Shown in pieces: positions 1 through 11,831 of a stretch of 64,000 nt of DNA. This DNA is from Eledone cirrhosa. Taxonomy: Eukaryota. The position numbers and the translations under genes are program-made. Under the pieces are notes generated by a model that worked only from the letters and a program-made list of their open reading frames with translations, was not told where the DNA came from and did not search any database. The stretch spans positions 299,646,001-299,710,000 of the forward strand of contig OZ024740.1 of NCBI GenBank assembly GCA_964016885.1, written 5' to 3'. Every line of letters starts with the position of its first letter. The stretch's first letter is position 1.

Positions 1-237
1 TCACTACCCCTCTCTCTTTCCCTATATATATATACATCTATGAAATGTATGCATGTATGTATGTGTGTGTTTGTATTTGTGTGTATGTGCGTTTTTGTTT
101 GTGCGTGTATGCAAACATATATAAGCATTTATAACTCTGTATATTTATGTAATCTAAATCTAAATTTAAAAACGAAAGAAGACTAAATTTCTCTGTCCGT
201 GTTCCCGAGAATATTTATGAATTCATATCAATCTATT

Positions 238-239
238 TC

Positions 240-336
<97 letters not shown>

Positions 337-377
337 CTTTCTTTATATATATACACAAAATTGTGCACAAACACACA

Positions 378-431
<54 letters not shown>

Positions 432-500
432 TGTAATGTATATATATATGTATATTTATATGTATATATATATGTATATATATTTGTATGTACATAACTA
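238..500. repeat. (CT)n and (TA)n microsatellites
   Basis: Directly visible dinucleotide tracts; they explain the SLSL/IYIY ORF artefacts. Confidence 0.95.
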
Positions 501-847
501 TGTATATTTATTTAATCTAAATCTTTGCGCATTTGTATATGGGAGGCTAGGACAGATTTAGCTTAAGATAGAGAAAGGTGGTGGAAAGAGCAAAGTAAAA
601 TAGAAAGAAGGAGAGAGAGAGTGAGGGATAGAGAGACTGAGAAGAAGAGAGGGTGAGAGAAAGATAGGGAGGGAACATCAGAAGGAATGAGAGAGTAATA
701 GCTGAACAGCAAAAATCATATTGTAAGTAAACATGGTTTTCACTGTTTTTCTGTGAGTAATATCATATACTTGCCTCCCCCCAATCGTCTTTTAATCCTA
801 CAGTGTGTGTGTATGTGTGTGTATGTGATATATATATATATATATAA

Positions 848-996
848 GTTTATCCCGGGTTCAATCGGGGGTAATCACAGTAATTAAGGTACTCAATACA
901 AAGCAGAGTATAAATATTTAATATAGAAAAGGCTTCCACGGGACAAGAACTGATGATTTCTCCCGAATGAAACAGTTCTAGTCCTGTAGAAGCCTT
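848..996. mobile_element. Short (TA)n-embedded fold-back element, probable Penelope pLTR remnant
   Basis: Flanked by (TA)n. 24-bp inverted arms at 929-952/973-996; CTGATGA (950-956) and GAAA (969-972) lie at the turn. Confidence 0.5.
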
Positions 997-1020
997 ATAT
1001 ATATATATATATATATATAT

Positions 1021-1221
1021 AACGAGGGAAATGTTGTAAGGAACCAGATGGACCATAACGCACCAAAGTACTCAATACTTAGATACTTAGGGTAGTAGAG
1101 TGGGTAATAGGAACGAGTAAGACCCTGACGGCTGAGCTCAAGCCGTTTCGACGGCTAATTGTGGACTAAATTAGCAGTCGAAACGGCTTGAGCTCAGCCG
1201 TCGGGGTCCTACTCGTTCCTA
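1021..1221. mobile_element. ~200-bp (TA)n-embedded fold-back mini-element, family copy 1 (others at 33403-33564 and 56095-56257)
   Basis: 53-bp inverted arms at 1108-1160/1169-1221. The body (ggaccataacgcaccaaagtactcaatac...gtagtagagtgggtaatagg) recurs in reverse complement at 33.4 kb and 56.1 kb. Confidence 0.75.
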
Positions 1222-1764
1222 TATATATATATAGAGAGAGAGAGAGAAAGAGAAAGAGAGAGAGAGGGGAGCGGGGAGAGAGTGGGTGGGTGTGAGATAG
1301 ATACATACATCCATAGATAGATTTATAGATAGATAGAGAGAGAATTACGGAGGGAGAGAGAACGAGAGAGCGACAATGAGGGAGAGAGAAAGAGAGAGAT
1401 AGCGAGACAGACGGAGATAGAAGGAAGGAGAGGTAGGTAGTGGGAAATAGAATAAGAGGGAAAGACTAAAGGAAGACGGAAGGAAAAATATGGTAATGTT
1501 CTAATTTAAAACAGAAAATGCTACATATTGTCATTTCAGAATATGAAAATGATAAATTTTCTCTTAATTAGAATTTTTTTACTTTCTCTATATTCGGTCA
1601 AGTATTCTCGCTATTTACTGCGGAAGATAACTGGAGTTCTTTTCCTTCATAAATTATGACTGGCTGAAGCTGTTTCTATTCGATATTTCGTGAAGTTTCG
1701 TTGAAGTCGTTGTTTTGGTTTGAGAAATAGACATATGTCGCTTCCAATACAGACGATTACTTAA

Positions 1765-2350
1765 TAAGAGGAAAAGAAGTAGGTGTAAAAGCCAAACTTG
1801 TTATCTTCAATTTGGTATTTGTGCCAACCCTTATGAATATTGGTTAATGACCGAAAGAAAGTGGCCACGAATACATGCGGCCGGAGTGGAGTTTCTTCGA
1901 AGGGTCTTTGAAGTAATTAGAGTAACGTTACTTGATGTAGTGTGTAGCTGGGAGATCAGAGAGTCACTCCAGGTAGAGCCGCTACTTCTCCAAATTGAGA
2001 GATCACAGCTCCAATATTATGGATACGTAGTTAAAATATCTCATGGAAGCATTGCCGGACATATTTTAAGGGCAAAACCAACCGGCGCGAGACCCATGGG
2101 TCAACCACGAGCAACATGGTTGGATACCATCTATGAGCTTGGCTGGTCACGCTTGGGGATCAAATTGAATCATTTGGAGACGGTTGCTTCTGACAAGACC
2201 CATGGAAGGAGTGTTTAAGGACTCTGTCCCCACCACCCTCTTAGAAATAAGTGGGCGAAGAAGAAGAAGAAGAAGAAGAAGAAGAAGAAGAAGAAGAAGA
2301 AGAAGAAGAAGAAGAAGAAGAAGATTTACTGAGAAGAAGAAGAAGAAGAT
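1765..2350 (+). mobile_element. 5'-truncated RTE-clade LINE 3' end with (AAG)n tail
   Basis: ORF 1847-2218 (EFLRRV...EIRESLQVEPLLLQIERSQLQYYG...GARPMGQPRATWLD) resembles the RTE/Rex3-like C-terminus; followed by (AAG)n. Related fragment at 61210-61392. Confidence 0.8.
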
Positions 2351-3127
2351 TTACTGAGAAGAAGAATTACTGAGATGCGACAATCACACGAGGCACAACA
2401 TTGAAGGAAATGTTAACATATTTCATGTAAGTCACATCAGAATTCCTCTACAATGAAGGAATAAAATCATTAACTAAATGACGAATACTATTTTAATAAT
2501 CGTGCCAAACACAGAAGACAACTTTAGGCAAGTTTCTACTTTATTAGATCTCCTCCGTGAAGCATAGACGTCGCAGTGCTTGCCAAAGTAGTGATTATTG
2601 GACGATGATGATGAAATAATAGTTTGATTTATGTTAACATATTTCATAATAAAAATCTTAAAACAAATTATAAGGTATGGAATAAGACAGCATTAGCCTA
2701 ACGAGGAATATTAGTTTAAACATTATGACCACAAAATGATTAAAATATCATTAGTTTTTGAGCTAATGTTTCTTCATCTGAGAATATGTAGTATCAATTA
2801 GATGCATTGCTCAAATCATTAAATATGGTAACTGTAGCTTAACTAATATGTTAAATAGTTAGTAAACATGCATAAACACATACATAGAGACACAACAAAC
2901 TGCACATATACACGCACACGTATACACACATACACACATACAAATACATTAATTTGATATACGTGATTTTACAAGCATAAAAAAAACGAAGAGCATTTAT
3001 TTAGTAAATGATTTAAGACACGTAGAATGTCTAATATTTAATATAATAGTTTGACAGTGACTTCGAAGTCACGACCAATATTAAAATAATGCATCGCACA
3101 AACACAGACACATATGCATAAATACGC

Positions 3128-3570
<443 letters not shown>

Positions 3571-3572
<2 letters not shown>

Positions 3573-3749
3573 TTGTTTATACTTTAGGCACAAGGAGAGA
3601 AATTACCCAGTGCATTACTGGTACTTTATTTTATCGACCCCGTAAGGATGAAAGACAAAGTCAACCTCGGCGGGATTTGAACTCAGATCGTAAAGGGACG
3701 TAACTATGCTGGAAAGCATGGCGTCCGACCCTCTACCGATACTGACAAT
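3571..3749 (-). mobile_element. tRNA-derived SINE with Meta-like central domain and (ATT)n tail, copy 1
   Basis: Minus strand shows the A-box region, B box GAGTTCAAATCC, central ctttcatccttacggggtcgataaaataaagtaccag and tail ccttgtgcctaaagt..aaacaattatt. Five near-complete copies plus one fragment in the window. Confidence 0.85.
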
Positions 3750-3770
3750 AATAATAATAATTATAATAAT

Positions 3771-6700
3771 GATTTCTTTATTTACCACAAGCGTTTACAT
3801 AAAGTAGACATTAAGGACAGTGCAGGACAATACAGGACGGTACAAATGGGCATTTCTGCGTGTAAGAAACAAAAACAGAGGATGTAACAAAAAAATAACA
3901 ATGAAAAATTCCCCAATAGAGGGGAGACTTCGGAGGGACATTTGTGGAGAAAGCCCAGTAAAAGGCCACAGTGACCCTGACCATCAAGGCAAGTGCCCTC
4001 TCCCAGTTTTCCACCTTTAATTTACAGATATCTACTCAGAGTAGGCCCATTCACTCGGGACATTCTTGCTTCTCTCACCCATCTTTCAACAAAATGCTGG
4101 GAAGAGAGCACTTCCCTCTCTACTCTGATTTTCGTTTTCAAATGAAATTTGAAAAAGTTAATCAGGGTATCACCGAAGAAGTATGTGCTCGTCTTCAGCC
4201 CTTTCAAACGTGTCCACCATACTATCTCTTTCCCCATGGCCACCAGACAGATAAAAACTGCCTGCCCTTCCCGGCTAAAGGAAGAGGGCGGGGCAATCCT
4301 CACGATAGACTCAGATGATAGTCGGATCCGTCCTACACGCGACAGCAGGTGTTCGACATAAACCCACAAGTCAGCAATTTTCGGACACTGGATGAGTGCG
4401 TGCAGGACGGTTTCGTCGCCCTGCGCGCATCTCGGACATGCCCGGCTGACGGCACCTCCATACCTGTAGAGTTTATCCCGAACTGGCAAGGCTTCTTGGT
4501 AGCACTGCCAGGCCAGAGATTTCTGGAAGTTGTCCATAGGCCCCGGCCCGAAAGTTCTTCCGAAGAGATTGGCTAGTTGATTTTCGTCGACACCTAGAGT
4601 TTCCCCAAGTACGTCGTCGCTCTTCCCCTCCACTAATCCTCTATAGAACGCCGAGGTGGAGTTTCAACCGATCACATTGCCCGATTGGTCGAGGGCTGTG
4701 AGCGCCTGAAGACATTCCAGTCTCCAGGCGCTCCCTCTCGGTCTTCGCTTGACCCAGGACTGCAGCTCCGTCAAGGAAACGAGCTGGGGTAATACGTGTC
4801 TAGCAAACGGCGACCACACCTGATCACCGTCGAGGAAGAGGTGGAGATGTCGTAGCCTGAGCGCGTGTCTGCGCATCATCAGCCACGGCATGCCCAGCCC
4901 TCCACGTAGCGGGTGTTGACAACAGATGGACCGCCTGACCATCGGAGCGCGCACCTTCCACAAAAAGCGAAAGAGCAAACGCTCCAGCGCAGTCAGGCGG
5001 GGCTTAGGACAAGGTACGACGGTAAGGCAGTAGCAGATGACAGACGCGATGTACGCGTTAGCCACCTCCGCTCGACCTTTTAGGGATAGCTTCCTCTCCG
5101 CCCAGTTCTGGGTGAGAGAAGCCACCCTGCTCGTCACCTCGTCCCAGTTATTTTCCGGACCGAACCAGACCCCTAACAATTTAACTGGTCCGTCCGTCCA
5201 GCGTCCGCCGACGCTGTTGGACGGTATGGACCTGCCTCTCCAGGTGCCGAGCTGCAGGCCCACTGACATTTCCTGGTTGATCATTGCTCCTGTCACCGTT
5301 TCGTATTCTCTTAGTGTAGTGCCGATCGCCTCGATGTGTTTGGCGTTCGACTCCACTATGGTCACATCGTCCGCATATGCTGACACAGATCTTCCGCATC
5401 CTAGTTCGCGCGGGACGCCCCTCAACGTCTCCAGTTTGTGCAGTAATGGCTCGAGAGTCAATACGTACAAGAGGGACGAGAGGGGACATCCTTGGCGGAC
5501 CGAGCGCATGATGTTGAACGGTTCCGAAAGGTGACCGTTCACTCTTACCACAGAGCAGATGTCGCTGTGCATGGCAGCGACCCAGCCTCTGAAGACGGTC
5601 CCAAAGCCAGCTGCCCTCAGGACTGCCGCTAGGTAACGATGGTCGACCTATAGAAATTTTTCGACTTATCTAAATTGATCAAAGACCCACCCGTGCCAGG
5701 TTCCCTAGCTACCCTCTCTACGATGTATCGCATGAGGTGGAGGTTGTCGTGGATGGATCTGTCGGGAATGGCGCATGACTGCGCCTCTCCCACCAGACCA
5801 CCAACGACAAGCGCCAACCTCTTTGCTAGCACCTTGGCCAAAATATTGAACTCTGTGTTTAGCAGAGTTATGGGCCTGAAATTATCTATGTTATCCACAT
5901 TGTTCGGATCCTTTCTCAGCAGTGCCACCACAGAGCTGGGAATTCTCCCGTTCTGTTGCCAGTTGCAGTAGACGTCCGCCAAGAGGCCTCCGAACAAGTC
6001 AGGAATCTGTACGTAAAGTTCATAGGGCAGACCATCCAAACCAGGCGATTTACGCCTTGTGCAGCCAGTCATTGCCTCCCGTACTTCAGCGGCTGTTATC
6101 GGCTTTTCGCAACACTCCGCCTCAGTGGCCGAGACCGCAGCAGTCCGTCGAGGTAGACACTAAAGTCCATTCCTCGATCTAGCCCGCCGCTGCCCCGAAC
6201 AGCTGTGCGAAGTGTCGCTGAAAAGCTTCACACATTGGCTCGGGATCGAATAGCATGCGCCCGTCGTGGTCCATCAAAGACCGGATCGTGGCTTTGTTGC
6301 CACGACGCGCATCCGCCACTCGGCCTATTGAACGGCTTTCGTCCTTTCGTGTCTGAGAGCACGCACCCTAGCTCGCTCTGACAACGCAGCCTTCGTGCTT
6401 TGCATTGAAGAATTGGTCAAGGGTCAATTTCGCCGCAAGCACGTCGGTTGCGATGCAGTTGCTAAGCGCCTCGTCTAATTTTCTAACTAGTTCTCCCTCT
6501 GTTCTATTTTTCTCTATTGTTAAAGCCTAACTAAACCTAATGGACTCTATTCTAATCGCTCTTTTCAGAGCAAACCAACACTTGTTGTTGACGATGGCCC
6601 CCGTCAACGCCCGCTTAACTAGTTCGCTAATCCGGTCTCTGTCGGCCTTGCGCGCTGGTAAGGACGCGTTTAGCTTCCAGTAGCCGGTTCCTCGTCTATG

Positions 6701-9640
6701 AAGCCTATCTAAGTCAAGCACACAGATCACGAATTTGTGGTCCGTGTAGATGACTATCTTGAATTGTGGACAGCCTATGCTAGACCTATCTATTTCCCTA
6801 CAAAATACTCTATCTAAATATGATCTGGATGACCCTATGCGATTTGTCCAAGTCCACATTGGCACACGGGAAATCTAATCGGTACCTGTCAGTCAGTTCA
6901 AAACGCCTGAGCAGGTTGGTGAGGCTCTTGCACCCTCCACCCGCTATCCCACACAGTCCCAGCGTGCATCTAAGATCCCGTTCCACTCGCCCACTAACAC
7001 TAAAGAGCGGGACGTTCCAAGAAAGGTCTCCAGACGCCGGAAAAAATCAGGCCGCCCTGCTCCTGTCGGGGCATAGACGGCCACTAGCCTGAAAACTTGC
7101 CCGTCTCCGCTGGTTACGTCCAGCACCACCAACTTACCCTCTGGGTCCAGGAAGATGGCCCGTATGGCGAGATCCAAACCTCTCCCAAAAAGCACAACTC
7201 CTCCCCTCGATCCAAGACGGCTGGGAGATGCGTACACATCGTAGCCGCCAAAGATCGGTGCGAAGGCCCGTGTTTCGGAGATTCTGATCTCGCCGATGGC
7301 CACTACATCTATGTTTAGTGACCTGAGGTCGTTGAGCAGGTGGCCCTGCTTCCATGACGACCCCAAGCCATGCTCATTTATGCTGCCTATTCTGAGTGAG
7401 GTCATGTTGAAATGGAGTGGAAAAGATGGGAAAGACCACTTACCGTACTTTTCGTAGAGGAAGGATAGTTTCTCCATCCCTTTTCACTTGATCGTCTGGT
7501 GAAGGGACCGTTGAATTGTCCCTTCGGCTGGTCGTCGGCTCTTCTATGAGTATGTCCGAATATACTCTCCGGTTGAGAGTCCCTCCTAGGTCTCTGAAAT
7601 CACCAACTGCGTTGGGGAATTTCGTTTTAATGTTTGTGTATTGTTTCTGTGCTATTCTTACAGGTCTTATGTTCGTTGGTGTTTTGATTGGTGCTGGTAT
7701 TATGTAGTCGTGCTGTGAAATGTCTGTGTGTTCAATTATGTAAGTCATTAGTTTCTTGTTGTGTGTATTTATTGCCGTACACTTGTTTTTCTGGGGGTGG
7801 GGTGTGGTTCTGCTATTTTCTTGTCGTTGTTGCTGGGTATGTGTGTTTTGTTGTTGTGTTTGCGATGTTGGTGCTTGTGGTGTTGAAGGTGTTGTTGTTG
7901 TTGGCGGTGGGGTTGTCGCCGGTGGTGATGGTGTTGGTGGTGTTGCTGCTGTGAGTCTCTTTGCAGTAGACTTTACCCTTTTTTCATTTCTTTCCTCCCT
8001 TTTCAAAGGCGACGATGCGCTGCTTCTGCGTTTGTGCCTTCTTACAACCTTTTGCCATCCCTCTCCCACCTCACACTCCATGTCTGATTCTGTGAGGTCG
8101 GGGAGGGGTATCAGCTCCACTCTTTCACTTGTTGTTGTTGGTGATGGTTGCAGTGGAGTCTCTGTTGGAGCTGCAGTTGGTATTACTGTTGTTGTTAATA
8201 CTTCAACTGCTGCTGCTGTTCTTGATTTCCGTGGCGTGGGTATGGGTGCCACGGACCTATCGTTCCTGGTTGCCGCTTGTCCTGTTGCTGGTAGCAGTGG
8301 AGCCGGTTTCGGAAGGAGGGGGGTTTTCTCCTTTCTCAGGTTCTTCTCGTTGCAGAAGGCCCTGTGGTGAGTCTTCGATCCATAGCGAAAGCATATCGGG
8401 CGTTTGCCCTCAATACTTATGGGCAGTTGAGTGCCGTTATCGAAGTCTATTACATCCGGAATAACTTCGATGCACTCCTGGTTAGTTTGGATTAACATCT
8501 CAATGGAGGTGCCGACCCATTCTTCTCTTACTCTTTTCTGTACTTGAGTACAGTTGTTTTGTCCTCGATTCCGACGAGGACAGACGCGGCCAGCCAAGAA
8601 GGGTCCATCCCGTGGGGGACGTGGGTCAGTTTGACCCTCACAACTTTTTACCCGCATAGGAGGGCACCAACACCATTTCCTCGCTCCTTAGGATCACTAA
8701 GGATTGAGCCTTTGCCTCCTGGGGTGTGGCAAAAAGCATGTCTACGGTGACATATTTCTTGCCTCGGGTGATATGCGTTTTCTGCTGCCACACAGACCCT
8801 AAGGCTTTTTGTATTTGAGCCTCTGTGGCACTTTCAACCCTACGGGATTTTGTGCTTACTTTACGGTACGTGACCGTACAGTGCTGTTGGGTTTCGAAAA
8901 ATTTTTCGGCTGCCTTGCAGATTGTTCGGTGTCCGGTTTTCGTCACCATCTTCTTTGCTTCCTCTAATTCCTCATTTGTTATGAGGATGGTTTCCAGGTT
9001 CTTTGCCATACCTGCAAACGAGATTGGTTTTCTTTGCTGCTGTTGTTGTTGTTGTCGTCAGAGCTGCTGTTACTTTTGTTGTTGCTGCAGGTACTACGAC
9101 TACTGCCGCCGCCGCTGTTGCTGTGGTTGTTGTTGTTGTTGCTGCTGCTGCTGTTGTTGTTGCTGCTAATGCTGTTGTTGTTTATGCTGTTGCTGATGCT
9201 GTTGCGGCTGCTACTGTTGTTTTCCTTGTCACTGTTGCTGCTGTTATTACGGCTGCTACTGCTATTATTCCCGATGTCAGACGAATGAAATGGGTTTCCG
9301 TATTTCCCGCACACCTTTTTCGTCGTTGTCGTCGTCGTCGTCGTGGAGAAATCTTGCTCGCTTTGCACGTGATTTTTCTTTTCTGGCGTCGCTTGCGAAA
9401 GAGAAGGGAGGGAGAGACACAATCTTCTCTCTGCTGTAGTGACGATTGAGGAAGAAGAAGATACCCAATAAGCGGGTATTTAACCCCGAAGGGCCAAATA
9501 ACGGGCAGAAAGACCCCTCTCACGAGGAGGAGGGTGTTTTTGTCTACAATTTGGTTAAAGTTTTAAACAATTTACAATTGTTATAGCGGTCAAAATTTAC
9601 AATACCTTACAGAGCCGAGCCTCCGTCAACCATGGCATTC
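3771..9640 (-). mobile_element. Full-length but disrupted L1/Tx1-clade retrotransposon (copy A), flanked by (AAT)n
   Basis: Fragmented ORF1 (7440-9422) and ORF2 pieces (APE SLRIGSIN, RT RQGCPLS/YADD, CX2C..H..C knuckle), colinear with the intact copy at 11570-17600 and sharing its exact 5' end. Confidence 0.93.
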
Positions 9641-9660
9641 AATAATAATAATAATAATAA

Positions 9661-9843
9661 TTGTTTCTAATTTAGGCACAAGGGCAGCAATTACCCAGTA
9701 CATTACTGGTACTTTATTTTATCGACCCCCGTAAGGATGAAAGGCAAAGTTAACTTCGGCAGGATTTGAACTCAGATCGTAAAGGGACGTAACTATGCTG
9801 GAAAGCATGTCCGACCCTCCACCGATACTGCCAATTCACCGCC
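9661..9843 (-). mobile_element. Meta-like tRNA SINE, copy 2
   Basis: Same SINE sequence, between two (AAT)n tracts. Confidence 0.88.
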
Positions 9844-9868
9844 CTAATAATAATAATAATAATAATAA

Positions 9869-10052
9869 TTGTTTCTACTTTAGGCACAAGGCCAGCAAAT
9901 TACCCAGTACATTACTGGTACTTTATTTTATCGACCCCGTAAGGATGAAAGGCAAAGTTAACCTCGGCGGGATTTGAACTCAGACTGTAAAGGGACGTAA
10001 CTATGCTAGAAAGCATGGCGTCCAAACCTCTACCGATACTGCCAATTCACCG
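9869..10052 (-). mobile_element. Meta-like tRNA SINE, copy 3 (tandem with copy 2)
   Basis: Same SINE sequence, preceded by (AAT)n at 9846-9868. Confidence 0.88.
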
Positions 10053-10058
10053 AATAAT

Positions 10059-11225
10059 ACTGAATACATTCGGAGAGTAAGGAGCGTATTAAAGTCACAT
10101 CTGAACAGTAGGAATGCCATAAGTGCAGTAAATTCCTGAGCTGTGTCTATTATTAGGTACAGTGTGGGAATTCTGAGATGGAATGTTGCTGAACAAAAAG
10201 AAATGGATAGGAAGACTAGGAAGCTATTGACTATCTACAACATGTTCCACAAGATGTGTGATGTCGATAGACTCTACTTAAGGAGATCTGAAGGTGGAAG
10301 AGGTCTTATCAGCATAGAGGACTGTGTTCAGATGGAGAAAAACAACTTACACAAATACGTGACTGATAGTAAGGAGCCAATGCTCAGAATTGTACTGAAG
10401 GAGAGGACAATAGATCAGAGGATGTCCAAGGAGGAAATAACAACAAGGAGAAAGAGCAGCCTTCATGAAAAATCTCTTCATAGTACCTTCTTTGAGAAAA
10501 TGGAATTCAGAGATCCACAGACATGGAACTGGTTGAAAAGAGGAGACCTTAAAAAGGCTACAGAAGGAATGCTCATGGCTGCGCAAGAGCAGGCCCTCAA
10601 AACGAAGTGGCTGAAACACAATATTTACAAGGAGCAGGCTAGTGCAGGATCTGTGGAGGATCTGTGGAAAGAGAGAGGAGACTGTGGCTCACATTGTATC
10701 CGAGTGTAAACACCTAGCCCAGACTCACTATAAAGGCTGGAGACATGATGTGATGGGCAGGGTGATCCACTGGCACCTATGCAAAGTAAACAATTTACCA
10801 CATTCTGAGAAGTGGTTTGATCATAAGCCAGAGTCGGTGATAGAAAACGATCAGGTGAAGGTGCTGTGGGATTTTAGGATACAGACGGACAAGAAATTAG
10901 AACACAATAGACCTGACCTGGTGGCTTTGGACAAAATTAACCGATACCAGGACTTAAATTGGGAAGTAAAAAGGATTTGGAACTGCCATGACGTCAAAGT
11001 GGTCCCAATTATCATAGGCGCAATAGGTACTATCTCAAGGAGTTTCCAGGGATGGTTAAACAAGATTAGTCCAGCCCCGCTTTTTGGAACACTTCAAAAG
11101 GCATGCTTGCTGGGAACAGCAAATACCCACCGATACGTCCTGAATATCTGAGGCTGCATGTAGCAGCTTGATATTCATTTCAACAAACTTTCCAGTTAAC
11201 TAACATCAATTACTGAGACTCAAAG
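10059..11225 (+). mobile_element. 5'-truncated R4/Dong-like RLE retrotransposon (lineage B), internally deleted
   Basis: Highly similar to 24889-26126. CCHC knuckle remnant (RIC..ETVAHIVSEC), RHD and RPD motifs; (AAC)(AAT)n tail. Confidence 0.9.
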
Positions 11226-11252
11226 AACAACAATAATGATAATAATAATAAT

Positions 11253-11517
11253 GCTTTCTTTATTAACCACAAGGGTTTACACAAAGTAGACATTAAGGAC
11301 AGTACATGACAATACAGGACGGTACAAAAGGGCATTTCTGCGTGTAAAACCCCCCCAAAACAGAGGATGTAATAATAGAACAATGAAAAAATTCCCAATA
11401 GGGGGGGGGGGGGAGACTTCCGAGGGCCATCGTGGAGAAAGCCCATTAAAAAGCCACGGTGACCATGACCACCAGGGCAATTGTCCTCTTCTAGTTTTCC
11501 ACCTTCAATTTAGAGGC

Positions 11518-11518
<1 letters not shown>
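11253..11518 (-). mobile_element. Tx1 3'UTR-only fragment (related subfamily)
   Basis: Matches the 3'UTR at 11570-11830 with substitutions; bounded by (AAT)n on both sides. Confidence 0.85.
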
Positions 11519-11571
<53 letters not shown>

Positions 11572-11831
11572 TTTCTTTATTAACCACAAGGGTTTACATA
11601 AAGTGGACATTAAGGACAGTGCAGGACAATGCAGGACGGTACAAATGGGCATTTCTGCGTGTAAAAAAACAAAAATAGAGGATGTAACAAAAATAACAAT
11701 GAAAATAACAATGAAAAATTCCCCAATAGGGGGGAGACTTCGGAGGAACATTTGTGGAGAAAGCCCAGTAAAAAGCCACAATGACCCTGACCACCAAGGC
11801 AAGTGCCCTCTCCCAGTTTTCCACCTTTAGT

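Noticed and set aside
7516-9449. Plus-strand Leu/Val/Cys-rich ORFs overlapping Tx1 ORF1 (also 15535-17260, and 41927-42632 over the Naiad ORF)
   Set aside because: Antisense shadows of low-complexity Asn/Thr/Ser/Gln codon runs.
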